A stretch of DNA of 64,000 nucleotides, from the NCBI GenBank assembly GCA_963720755.1, contig CAVRGP010000015.1:480001-544000 (forward strand). Direction: 5' to 3'. This document shows, in pieces, positions 8,411 through 17,952 of the stretch; position 1 is the stretch's first letter; each line of letters begins with the position of its first letter. The notes beneath the pieces were generated by a model. It did no database searches, was not told the origin of the DNA, and saw only the letters and a list, made by a program, of their open reading frames with translations. The translations under genes and the position numbers were made by a program. This DNA comes from an uncultured Chloroflexia bacterium. GTDB lineage: Bacteria > Chloroflexota > Limnocylindria > Limnocylindrales > CSP1-4.

Positions 8411-11400
8411 GTGATCTGCCCGACTTGCGCGACCGAGAACAAGCCCGGTCGGAAGTTCTGCTCGTCCTGCGGAGCCGGCTTAGCCACGGCTTGTCCGTCG
8501 TGCGGGGCCGCGACCGAGCCCGGTGAGCGGTTCTGCGGTGAATGCGGAACCCCACTTCCTGGCTTTGGCGCCACGCAGAGTCCATGGGTTTCGGTCGCAC
8601 CGTCGAACGTCACGCCCGCCGGGTTCCCGGATGCCACCGGCGAGCCCGTCGCGGAGCGCCGTCTCGTGTCGGTCATGTTCACCGACCTGGTCGGCTTCAC
8701 GCCGTTTGCGGAGGAACGCGACAGCGAGGACGTCCGCGAGACCCTGACCCGATATTTCGACCTCGCCACTGAGGTGATCGAGCGATACGGAGGGACCGTC
8801 GAGAAGTTCATCGGCGATGCGGTCATGGCCGTGTGGGGAACGCCGATCGCCCACGAGGACGACGCTGAGCGAAGCGTCCGGGCCGCACTCGACCTGGTGG
8901 ATGCCGTTCGGTCCGTCGGGCCCGGCATCAATGCCCGTGCCGGCGTACTGACCGGAGAAGCCGCCGTCACCCTTGGCGCGACCAATCAGGGCCTCGTCGC
9001 CGGCGACCTGGTGAACACGGCGGCGCGGATCCAATCGGTGGCGCAGCCCGGGACCGTGCTCGTCGGCGAATCGACGCAGCGGGCAGCGGCCTCGGCGATC
9101 GCCTTCGAGGAGGCCGGGGCAGAGACCCTCAAGGGGAAGACGGCACCGGTGCCGGTCTGGCGTGCCCTTCGGGTCGTGGCCGAGCGAGGGGGTCGCCGTC
9201 GGGCCGACACCCTGGAAGCGCCCTTCGTCGGGCGGGATGATGAGCTCCGCCTCATCAAGGACCTGTTCCATGCCACGGTCCGCGAGGGACGCACCCGCCT
9301 CGTGAGCATCACCGGGATCGGCGGGATCGGGAAGAGCCGGCTCACGTGGGAGTTCGAGAAGTACCTCGATGGTCTGATCGTGCCGCTTTGGTGGCATCGC
9401 GGCCGATCGCCAGCGTACGGGGAGGGGATCACCTTCTGGGCGCTGAGCGAGATGGTCCGCGGCCGAGCCGAGTTGACCGAAGCCGACGATGAGCGGACGA
9501 CGCGACAGAAGATCGATGAACTTCTCGATCATCTGGACCTGGAAGAGGCGGAGCGACGCTGGATCGAGCCCGCCCTGCTCCAACTCCTCGGTGTCGAGAC
9601 CGGGATCGCGTCGGACCAGTTGTTCGGTGCCTGGCGGACGTTCTTCGAGCGTCTGGCCGCGATCAACCCCGTCGTCATGGTCTTCGAGGATCTCCATTGG
9701 GCGGATAGCGGCACGCTGGACTTCATCGACCACCTGTTGGAGTGGAGCCGAGCGATCCCTCTCTATGTGGTCACCCTTGCACGTCCGGAGCTCCTGGACC
9801 GACGGCCGGACTGGGGAGCCGGCAGACGCAATTTCACGAGCCTCTACCTGGAACCGCTGTCCGAGTCGGCGATGCGAGAGCTCCTCGCTGGCCTCGTCCC
9901 CGGACTACCCGAAACGGCGATCCGGGCGGTCGTGGGTCGCGCGGACGGGATCCCGCTCTATGCCGTGGAGACGGTGCGCATGCTCGTGGCCGATGGGCGC
10001 CTCACGGTCACGGCGGACGGGACCTACGCCCCCAGCGGGGATCTGGCCAGCCTGGCTGTCCCTGAGACCCTCACGGCCCTGATCGCGGCCCGGCTCGATG
10101 CCCTGGACCCAGATGACCGGAGCCTCATCCTGGACGCGGCCGTCCTCGGACAGAGTTTCGCTCCCGGCGCCCTGGCCGCCGTCGCAGGGATCGACGAAGT
10201 GACGCTTGAGCCCCGCCTTCGCGGCCTCGTGCGACGCGAGCTGCTGGCCCACGAGACCGATCCACGGAGTCCCGAGCGCGGCCAGTACGCCTTCGTCCAG
10301 GCGCTCATCCGCGAAGTGGCGTACAACACGCTCGCGAAGCGGGATCGCAAGACCCGTCACCTCGCGGCGGCACGCTTCTTCGAGCGTCTCGGCACCGATG
10401 AGATGGCCGCCGCCCTCGCCGGCCACTACCTCGCCGCCCGTGAGAATGCGCCTGAAGGCCCCGAGGCCGATGCGCTGGGTGCCCAGGCCCGCGTCGCGCT
10501 TCGCGCCGCAGCAGAGCGAGCTGCGGCGCTTGGTGCCAACGAACAGGCGCTGACACTCCTGGAGCAGACGTTGTCCGTCACGACCGACTCGGCAGATCGA
10601 GCAGACCTCTTGGAGCGCGCCGGCGAGGCGGCGTCTCAGGCGGGCCACCATGAGGCTGCGGAACGTCACCTGAGAGCGGCGATCGATACCCGGCGGGAGT
10701 TGCACGATCGGATCGGCGTCGCCAAGGCGACTGCAATCCTTGGGCAATCGATGAATAACGCGTACCGGCCGACGGAGGCCATCGCCTTGCTCGAGCCCGC
10801 CACCGCCGAGTTCGCCGACCTGGCCGATGACCCCGGCGTGATCGCCGCCGCGGGACAACTCGCTCGGGGCCACTTCCTGGCGGACGACAACCAACGCGCC
10901 ATCGAGGCAGCCGATGGCGTCCTCGAGTCCGCAGAACATGCGGACCTCTCGGCGATCGTCGCCGACACGCTGGTGACCAAGGGAACCGCACTTGCGAACC
11001 TTGGCCGCCCGACCGAAGGGCTCGCGCTCATCCTCGCGGGTGCCGCGCTGGCCGAGTCGATCGGCGCCGGCGTGACCCAGGTTCGGGCGGCCAACAACGC
11101 ATCCATCGTCGAGGCCTTGCGGGATCCACGGGCTGCACTCGAGACAGCTCGTCGCGGAATCCTCGTCGCCGGTCGGCTGGGGGCACGAGCGGTCGCCCTG
11201 CGCCTTCTTTCGAACGCGATCTCGTGGTCGATCCAAACCGGTGATTGGACCTGGGCGCTTGGAGAGCTCAGGATCGCGCTCAGCGAAGATCTCGAGGCAA
11301 GCGACCGCGTCCAGATGCTCGGCGCCGGGATCTGGGTCAACGCCCTGCGAGGGGAATCCACGACCGACGACCTCGCGGAGTGGGATCGCCTGGTCGGGCC

Positions 11401-11953
11401 TGACCCCGACCCGAGTGTGCAGGCGATGAAACTGTCGGTGATGGCCGATGTGGCGTTTGCCGACGGCCGTCTCGAAGACGCACGCACGCTCGGTGACCGA
11501 CAGATCGCGGTCCAGCCCAGCAGTGTCGTCGATGCGGCCGCTCGAAGCGCTCGATCCGCACTCTGGTTGCGCGATGCTCCGGCCGCCCGATCCGATCTCG
11601 ACGCCCTTGAGTCCTCCGGCATCCATGGGCGCACGATCGACGGCGAGCGGACGGCCATTCGCGCTGGGATCATGGCCCTCGAGGGCCGCAGCGACGAGGC
11701 GCTGACGACCTATCGGTCCGTCCTGATTGAGTGGCGAGACCTCGGCCTGACCTGGAACCAGGCCATCTGTGGTCTGGACATGGCGCAGTTGCTCGATCCT
11801 GCAGACCCAGACGTCCGCGCCGCCGCGGCGACATCCCGCGAGATCTTCGAGCGGCTGGGGGCCACACCGTTCCGCGATCGACTCGAAGCGGCGATTGCCT
11901 CATCGCGGCCCGCCCCATCCAGCCAACCGGTCCCCGTAGGAGACGCTTCGTGA
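8411..11953 (+). CDS. Double zinc ribbon + class III adenylate/guanylate cyclase + AAA ATPase + TPR protein
   Basis: Four CxxC motifs, ERRLVSVMFTDLVGFT, EKFIGDAVM, GDLVNTAAR, GIGGIGKSRL, EDLHWAD; AGGAG SD. Confidence 0.92.
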   Translation: MICPTCATENKPGRKFCSSCGAGLATACPSCGAATEPGERFCGECGTPLPGFGATQSPWVSVAPSNVTPAGFPDATGEPVAERRLVSVMFTDLVGFTPFAEERDSEDVRETLTRYFDLATEVIERYGGTVEKFIGDAVMAVWGTPIAHEDDAERSVRAALDLVDAVRSVGPGINARAGVLTGEAAVTLGATNQGLVAGDLVNTAARIQSVAQPGTVLVGESTQRAAASAIAFEEAGAETLKGKTAPVPVWRALRVVAERGGRRRADTLEAPFVGRDDELRLIKDLFHATVREGRTRLVSITGIGGIGKSRLTWEFEKYLDGLIVPLWWHRGRSPAYGEGITFWALSEMVRGRAELTEADDERTTRQKIDELLDHLDLEEAERRWIEPALLQLLGVETGIASDQLFGAWRTFFERLAAINPVVMVFEDLHWADSGTLDFIDHLLEWSRAIPLYVVTLARPELLDRRPDWGAGRRNFTSLYLEPLSESAMRELLAGLVPGLPETAIRAVVGRADGIPLYAVETVRMLVADGRLTVTADGTYAPSGDLASLAVPETLTALIAARLDALDPDDRSLILDAAVLGQSFAPGALAAVAGIDEVTLEPRLRGLVRRELLAHETDPRSPERGQYAFVQALIREVAYNTLAKRDRKTRHLAAARFFERLGTDEMAAALAGHYLAARENAPEGPEADALGAQARVALRAAAERAAALGANEQALTLLEQTLSVTTDSADRADLLERAGEAASQAGHHEAAERHLRAAIDTRRELHDRIGVAKATAILGQSMNNAYRPTEAIALLEPATAEFADLADDPGVIAAAGQLARGHFLADDNQRAIEAADGVLESAEHADLSAIVADTLVTKGTALANLGRPTEGLALILAGAALAESIGAGVTQVRAANNASIVEALRDPRAALETARRGILVAGRLGARAVALRLLSNAISWSIQTGDWTWALGELRIALSEDLEASDRVQMLGAGIWVNALRGESTTDDLAEWDRLVGPDPDPSVQAMKLSVMADVAFADGRLEDARTLGDRQIAVQPSSVVDAAARSARSALWLRDAPAARSDLDALESSGIHGRTIDGERTAIRAGIMALEGRSDEALTTYRSVLIEWRDLGLTWNQAICGLDMAQLLDPADPDVRAAAATSREIFERLGATPFRDRLEAAIASSRPAPSSQPVPVGDAS

Positions 11954-11957
11954 TCGA

Positions 11958-12592
11958 ATGTCAAGCCGCCCACCGCCGCGAACGGCCCCCTGCTGCTCGT
12001 CGACATCAGTGGCTATACGGGATTCCTGCAGTCGGTCGCCCAGGCGCACCAGGACGACCTGGTCACGACCAGCAACGTCCCGGAGGCCTACGACATGATG
12101 TCGAACCTGCTGGGTGGCATCGTGGGCCGACTGGTGCCGCCATTCACCTTCTCGAAGCTCGAAGGCGACGCGGTCTTCGCCTATTCCGCCACGGCGGACG
12201 ACGTCCCCCACGGGACGGCCCTAATCGATTGTCTTCATGCCTGCTACGCGGACTTCCAGGACCGACTCGAGAAGGCGCATGACATCTGGACGTGCGGGTG
12301 CGGGGTGTGCTCACGGGGCACCGGGCTCGATCTCAAGTTCATCCTCCACAGTGGGCCATTCGTGATCCAGTCGATCGCCGGCAACCAGGAGCTCACCGGC
12401 CCGGAGGTCGTGATGGCGCACCGACTCCTGAAGTCGGGCGCGGCCGATCTCGTCGGCCACGGCGCGTATGCGCTCATCACCGATGCAGCGGCCCGAGGAC
12501 TCGGCGTATCCGCCGATGGCGCACTCGCGTTGACGGAGACATACGAGCACTACACGCCGATCGAGGCGCACGTCTACCCGCTCCGCGACTGA
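11958..12592 (+). CDS. DUF2652-family class III cyclase-like protein; start ambiguous (possible 1-nt deletion)
   Basis: LLLVDISGYTGF, KLEGDAVF, CGCGVC, LDLKFILH and VVMAHRLLK. The conserved N-terminus lies upstream of the first in-frame ATG (12095); ATG 11958 is out of frame. Confidence 0.75.
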
Positions 12593-12805
12593 TCAAGGCC
12601 GGATATCACGTCGAACCGCTTCGTCCACGTCTTCGAGGTCGCCGCCGGTCCGATCTCGATCGCATCGGGGAGGCGTCTCCAGGTCGACCTGGTCGATGCC
12701 GACAAGGGACTCCTGGCGATCCTCGTCGGCGGGTCGGTTCGCCGATGGACCTCCACGATGGCCGCTGCGAGGCCCGTGCTCGCCTCGATCACCTTCGACG
12801 ACTAG
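12593..12805 (+). pseudogene. Probable 3' gene remnant
   Basis: Open frame with genome-typical codons (..RLQVDLVDADKGLLAILVGGSVRRWTSTMAAARPVLASITFDD*) and no convincing start. Confidence 0.35.
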
Positions 12806-12932
12806 AGCGACCCGCTGTCGCTTGCCCCGGGGGAGTAGGTTGTGTGAGTCCGGTGCGCCCATGCACCTGTCTGGTCGAACGTGCCGGGGCCCGGTAGGCC
12901 ACGGACCGGTCATTCGTTAGCGAGGGAGATCC

Positions 12933-13700
12933 ATGAACCTGGTCGACACACTCAGCGAGTCGTTCAACAAGGCCGTCGCCGATATCGTGAATGCGATCCC
13001 GACCGTGGTCGGGGCGCTGCTCATCCTGCTGATCGGCTTGATCGTCGGGCGGATCGTGGGCGGTGTCGTCACCAGGCTCCTGGCCCGCGCCAACACCGAC
13101 GCGCTGTTCGCTCGCTACGCAGGAACGATCTACGGGGACGCCCCGGGCCAGTCCAAGCCGTCCGAGTACGTCGGCGCACTCGCCAAGTGGCTGATCTACC
13201 TCGTCTTCTTCCTGTCCGCCGCGAACTTCCTTGGCTGGACCCAGGTCAGCACATTGATCAACGAGTTCCTGGCGTGGCTGCCCAACCTGATCGTCGCCGT
13301 CATCATCGTGATCGCAGCGCCGGTCATCGGCCGCATCCTGCGGACCGCGATCGATGCGTCGGGTGGCAGTCTCGGACTCTCGAACACGGACCTGCTTGGC
13401 CGGATCGCCGAGTTGGCGGTCATCGCCTTCGGCGTGATCATCGCCCTGTATCAGGTCGGGATCGCGTCCGACCTCGTCAACATCCTGTTCATCGGCCTGG
13501 TCGGCGGACTTGCCCTCGCCTTCGGTCTTGCATTCGGCCTCGGCGGTCGTGCCGTCGCCGAGGAGATGTCGCGCAACTGGTATGCGAGGTCGCTTGAGAT
13601 GGCCGCGCACATCAACGATGCGACTGACGACTCTGCCCGATCGGCGACCCCGTCGCAGCAGCCCCCGCAGGCCCCGCGCCCACCGATGCAGGGCGCCTGA
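12933..13700 (+). CDS. Conserved TM-helix repeat protein (MscS/CmpX-associated family)
   Basis: Two repeats (IPTVVGALLILLIG / LPNLIVAVIIVI), ALAFGLAFGLGGR motif; GAGGGAG SD. Confidence 0.85.
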   Translation: MNLVDTLSESFNKAVADIVNAIPTVVGALLILLIGLIVGRIVGGVVTRLLARANTDALFARYAGTIYGDAPGQSKPSEYVGALAKWLIYLVFFLSAANFLGWTQVSTLINEFLAWLPNLIVAVIIVIAAPVIGRILRTAIDASGGSLGLSNTDLLGRIAELAVIAFGVIIALYQVGIASDLVNILFIGLVGGLALAFGLAFGLGGRAVAEEMSRNWYARSLEMAAHINDATDDSARSATPSQQPPQAPRPPMQGA

Positions 13701-13715
13701 CCGTCTGACCTCAAC

Positions 13716-13747
13716 GTGGCCCCGGCGCGTCTGACGCCCGGGGCCAC
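13716..13747 (+). terminator. Hairpin, probable terminator
   Basis: gtggccccgg...ccggggccac perfect 10-bp stem just after the stop; no U-tract. Confidence 0.5.
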
Positions 13748-13768
13748 CGCCCGGTCTATCCTGCCCGG

Positions 13769-14740
13769 GTGACCCGCCAGCGCATCCCGGATGACATCCT
13801 CAGTGCCGCACACGCACGCGCCCGGGCTCGGGCCTCCCACGACTGGGCCGAAGCCGATCGAATACGCCAGGAGATCGAGACGGCCGGCTGGAAGATCGCC
13901 GATCGGGGTACCGACTTTGCCCTGACCCCCGAGACGCCACCCGACGTCCTCGACGACGGCCGGATCAGGTACGGGTCGAGTGCGAGCGTCCCCTCCCGCC
14001 TGGACGAGCAGGCAACGGGTCGCGCAACGATCGTCTTGATCGCGTCGGACGACGCCGCCTGGATCCCGCGGGTCGTCGGTCCGTCGGTCGCGATGCCCGA
14101 TGGAGTCTCGGTCGTCGTCGTCGCGGACGATCCCCCCGACGAACAAGCCGTCATCCTTGACAGTCTCATCGAACAGTCGCGACTCGATGGCGCAGCCCGG
14201 CCGGTCGAGGTCGCGTGGACGAGTGAACCGCTCGGGATCGGAGCCGCCCTGAACATCGGCATCCGGCGGTCGGCGGCGCCGGTCGTCATCGTCATCGACT
14301 CGAGCATCGAACCCACCGGTGACTTCGTCACGCCCCTGGTGCGGGCGCTCGACGATCCGACGACCGCCGTCGTAGGCCCGTGGGGGATGGTCGCCACGGA
14401 TCTGCGCCATTTCGCGCCGGGTCCGCCCGGGGCGGTCGATGTCGTCGACGGCGCCCTCCAGGCGTTTCGGCGCGAGGATGCAATGACGCACGGCCCCGTC
14501 GACGAGCGATTCCGAACGTCGCGCAACCTTTCCATCTGGTGGAGCCTGGCGCTTCGCGATGCGGGCGAAGGTGGCCTCCACCGGCAGGCCATCAGCCTGC
14601 CAGGGCTTCCGGTCGGCCGCACCCTGCATGACGGACGCCGGCCGGAGCCTGACCGAGACCGAAGCCGGGATGAGCGGCGCGACTTCTACCGGATCCTCGA
14701 CCAATTCGGATCCCGCCGGGACCTCCTGATCAAGCCGTGA
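13769..14740 (+). CDS. CysRS C-terminal (anticodon-binding)-like domain fused to GT2/GT-A-fold glycosyltransferase
   Basis: N-terminus ARARARASHDWAEADRIRQEIETAGWKIAD; GT2-like GIGAALNIGIRRS..VVIVIDSSIEP..LVRAL..VVGP..GALQAFRR..GPVDERF. Confidence 0.7.
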   Translation: MTRQRIPDDILSAAHARARARASHDWAEADRIRQEIETAGWKIADRGTDFALTPETPPDVLDDGRIRYGSSASVPSRLDEQATGRATIVLIASDDAAWIPRVVGPSVAMPDGVSVVVVADDPPDEQAVILDSLIEQSRLDGAARPVEVAWTSEPLGIGAALNIGIRRSAAPVVIVIDSSIEPTGDFVTPLVRALDDPTTAVVGPWGMVATDLRHFAPGPPGAVDVVDGALQAFRREDAMTHGPVDERFRTSRNLSIWWSLALRDAGEGGLHRQAISLPGLPVGRTLHDGRRPEPDRDRSRDERRDFYRILDQFGSRRDLLIKP

Positions 14741-16337
14741 CCTGGGCCTTCGCCGTGGCCGCCCGTTCGTCCTGGTGTTCCCAGACGGTCTTGAGCGGAT
14801 CGCGTGGCCCCAGGGCGATGGCCGCGATCGGTGCAGCGATCAGGGTGACGATCCCCGTGCTGAAGAGCACGGTTCGGACGGCGTCCGAGTACGCAGTCGC
14901 GTAGGCGGCCCCGTCCGACGGATCGATCCCGGAGACGAGGGCGCCGTACTGGGGTAGGCCGATCGCCACCAGGATGCTGTGGAACGAGTCCACGGCCGTC
15001 GCGACCTCGGCGGGGGTCGAACCGACCAATGACGCCGCGTAGGAGTCGAGGGCGAGCCGGGTCACGAGAAGGGTCACGACCACCAGACCGGCGCGAGCCC
15101 CCAGGGCGACCGACACCTCGTTCAGGGCCGCGGCGGTCGCCGGCAGGCCACGCGGAACGCTGGCAAAGATGATCGCGGTCCGGACCGTCGTCGCGATGAC
15201 GAAGCCTGCACCGATGAGCAGGAACGCCAGGGCGAACCCCGCGTACCCGACACCTGGTCTCAGGACGATCGCGATGATGACATTGCCCAACCCGACGGCG
15301 ACCACCCCCATCGCGATCAGTGAGCGCGGTCCGAACCGCCCGAGGAGGATCCCGGCAACCGGCCCGGCGACCACCAGCGCGCCCATGAACGGGATGGTCG
15401 CGAGCATTGCCAGAACGGGTCCATAGCCGAGGATCAGCTGGAAGTAGACGGGCACCTGGAGGAGCGTGGAAGCCTGGGCATAGGCGATGACGAAGCCGAC
15501 GAACAGCGCCGTCGCGACCGCCCGGCGCTCGACCCGGCCGCCGATCGAACCACGATCCCGTCGTCGGAACTCGACCACGAGACCGCCGATGATCAGGGCT
15601 GCGCCGACGATCGTGAAAGCGATCCGGACGACATCCGCGCCGGAACCCTGGAAACCGAGGAGGCCGGATGCCAGCACCACGATCCCGAATGCCCATGTCG
15701 CCGTTGCCAGGATCGGCCAGCGGTCATTCCGCATCGGGGACGGCAGATCGTGCCAGGATCCCCGGGCGACCCACAACGCCACGATGGCCGACAGGGCGGC
15801 GGCCAGGTAGGCAAGCCAGGTCGGTCCGGTGGGACCGAAGAGCGTCAGCAGCACCGGGCCGGCCGCCATCGCCGCCCCATAGGCTCCATACGCGATCCCG
15901 ATCGCCGTAGCGCGTGGGATGCCCTGGTACCGGGTGGCCACCCCCGCCAGGGCCATCGGGAGGACCACGCTGGCGCTGCCCACGCCGACGAGTCGGACGA
16001 GCACGTAAAGCACCCCGTCCGTGACGAATAGACCGAGGATCCCGGTCGCGGCCATGCCGGCCAGCGCGACCAACATGATCCGTTTTCGACCATCGGCATC
16101 GCCGAGGACGCCCCCGAGGAGGAGCATCCCGGCGCCGATCACCGCGCCGATCAGGAGGAGTACCTGGGTATCGTCGTTCGAGCGGACGGCGGACTGGACG
16201 CTGGCCAGGCCGGGCGCGAAGGCTCGTGGGGCGAGTCCGGACGCGAACAGGGCCAGGCACGCAGCGACCAGCATGCTGAGTGCGCCCGCGTCCCTGCTCA
16301 GGTCGCGCAGGAATCCTGGGATCGCGACACGTCGCAT
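14730..16337 (-). CDS. MFS transporter (DHA2-like, ~14 TM)
   Basis: GGVLGDADGRKR and GILLGRFGPR motif-A loops; many TMs; TAGCAT 7 nt before ATG 16337. Confidence 0.85.
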   Translation of the reverse strand: MRRVAIPGFLRDLSRDAGALSMLVAACLALFASGLAPRAFAPGLASVQSAVRSNDDTQVLLLIGAVIGAGMLLLGGVLGDADGRKRIMLVALAGMAATGILGLFVTDGVLYVLVRLVGVGSASVVLPMALAGVATRYQGIPRATAIGIAYGAYGAAMAAGPVLLTLFGPTGPTWLAYLAAALSAIVALWVARGSWHDLPSPMRNDRWPILATATWAFGIVVLASGLLGFQGSGADVVRIAFTIVGAALIIGGLVVEFRRRDRGSIGGRVERRAVATALFVGFVIAYAQASTLLQVPVYFQLILGYGPVLAMLATIPFMGALVVAGPVAGILLGRFGPRSLIAMGVVAVGLGNVIIAIVLRPGVGYAGFALAFLLIGAGFVIATTVRTAIIFASVPRGLPATAAALNEVSVALGARAGLVVVTLLVTRLALDSYAASLVGSTPAEVATAVDSFHSILVAIGLPQYGALVSGIDPSDGAAYATAYSDAVRTVLFSTGIVTLIAAPIAAIALGPRDPLKTVWEHQDERAATAKAQVTA

Positions 16338-16392
16338 GCCGTGGATGCTACCCCGCGGGGGCATCTCGGCGAGCCGACCTATACTCCCGGCG

Positions 16393-17952
16393 ATGCGCCG
16401 TCTGTTCGCCCTCGCCATGCTCGCGGCGTTGATCGCTTCGTGCACCGGTCAATCGGCGGCCGCGTCGGACCGCCCGCTCAGGATCCTCAGCGGGGACCCG
16501 TCCGATCTTGACCCGGCCGCCCAGGGCGATGCGGGCAGCGCGGCGATCACCGCCCAGTTGTTCGAGTCGCTGACGTCGTTCGACGGTGACCTGCATATCC
16601 AGCCGGCATTGGCAGCGTCCTGGCAGTTCGCCGATGGGGGTCGCCAGGTCACGTTCCATCTTCGACCCGACCTGTCGTTCAGCGATGGTAGTCCGCTCCG
16701 CCCGAGCGACGTCGTTCGCAGCTGGCTCCGGATCATCGACCCAGCCCATCCATCCCCGCTGGCTTCACTGGCGTTCGACATCTCCGGAGCCGAGGCCTAC
16801 GCCCGTGGCGCGTCGACCGACCCAGGGTCCGTCGGGCTTCGAGCCGATGATCCGGCGGGCGATCTCGTCGTGGACCTCGTTCGCCCGGCGACGGACTTCG
16901 TCAACATCGTCGCGGGGCCGACGTTCTCCGTCGTACCGGCGACCATCGACACGAGCCCGAACGCGCTGGATGCGGGGCCGGATTTCGTCGCGAGTGGCGG
17001 GTACGTCCTGACCGGCACCGCGGCCGACGGCCTGGAGTTGACGGCCAATACCCACTACTGGGCAGGGACACCTGCGATCAAGTCGATCACGCTCGTGGGA
17101 AGCCTGGGTGGCCAGAGTGCCGTGACGGCGTTCTCCAACGGGGACCTCGATTACACGCCGGTCTATTCGATCGACGCGACCTGGCTGGCCTATGACCCGC
17201 AGCTCGGACCGCAGCTCCGGCTCGTCAGCTCACTGTCCGTCCAGTACTACGGCTTCGAAGCCACGAAACCGCCGTTCGACGACGTCCGGGTCCGACAGGC
17301 CATCGGCGAGGCCGTGGACTGGCGACGGATGGCCGCGCTGAGCGCAGGGGACGATGGGGGCCAGGTCGCGAATTCGATGGTGCCGCCCGGGATCCCGGGA
17401 CGCAGCGACGCGGATTATCTGCCGCGCTACGACCCGGTCGACGCCCGCCGACTCCTCGCCGAGGCCGGCTACCCGGGTGGCGCCGGTTTCCCGACCACCG
17501 TCCTGATGACCGACTACGCGGGGTTCGACGCGGCGATCGTCGGTGAAGTCAAGCGCGAGCTTGGGATCACCCTTCAAGCCGAGACGATGGGCGCTGGCTA
17601 CTTCGACCGCCTTGCGACCGACCCCCCGGCCATGTGGGCGCTTGCCTGGGTTGCCGATTACCCCGGCCGGAACGACTTCCTGGGGGTGCTACTCGACAGC
17701 GGCTCCTCCAATAACTACGGGCATTGGCATTCAGCGGAGTTCGACGCAGCGATCGCCGAGGCCGTCTCGGCCACGGATCCCTCGGCGGCAACGACGGCCT
17801 ACGACCGGGCCGAGTCGATCATCCGCGACCAGGTCCCGGTCATCCCCGTGACCTATGGGCCGGGATGGGCCTTGTCGCGTGACGGGCTCCTCGGCGCCGG
17901 TCAGAACGGACTTGGGATCATCCGGATGGCTGGCCTGTCGTGGGCGAACTGA
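16393..17952 (+). CDS. Peptide ABC substrate-binding lipoprotein (OppA/DppA family 5)
   Basis: Lipobox LIASC; LFESL, PALAASW, FHLRPDLSFSDGSP, PFDDVRVRQA, WVADYP. Confidence 0.9.
   Translation: MRRLFALAMLAALIASCTGQSAAASDRPLRILSGDPSDLDPAAQGDAGSAAITAQLFESLTSFDGDLHIQPALAASWQFADGGRQVTFHLRPDLSFSDGSPLRPSDVVRSWLRIIDPAHPSPLASLAFDISGAEAYARGASTDPGSVGLRADDPAGDLVVDLVRPATDFVNIVAGPTFSVVPATIDTSPNALDAGPDFVASGGYVLTGTAADGLELTANTHYWAGTPAIKSITLVGSLGGQSAVTAFSNGDLDYTPVYSIDATWLAYDPQLGPQLRLVSSLSVQYYGFEATKPPFDDVRVRQAIGEAVDWRRMAALSAGDDGGQVANSMVPPGIPGRSDADYLPRYDPVDARRLLAEAGYPGGAGFPTTVLMTDYAGFDAAIVGEVKRELGITLQAETMGAGYFDRLATDPPAMWALAWVADYPGRNDFLGVLLDSGSSNNYGHWHSAEFDAAIAEAVSATDPSAATTAYDRAESIIRDQVPVIPVTYGPGWALSRDGLLGAGQNGLGIIRMAGLSWAN

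Noticed and set aside
11951-11953. Selenocysteine recoding at the cyclase TGA
   Set aside because: Not at a Cys-equivalent catalytic position and no clear SECIS hairpin; an indel is simpler.
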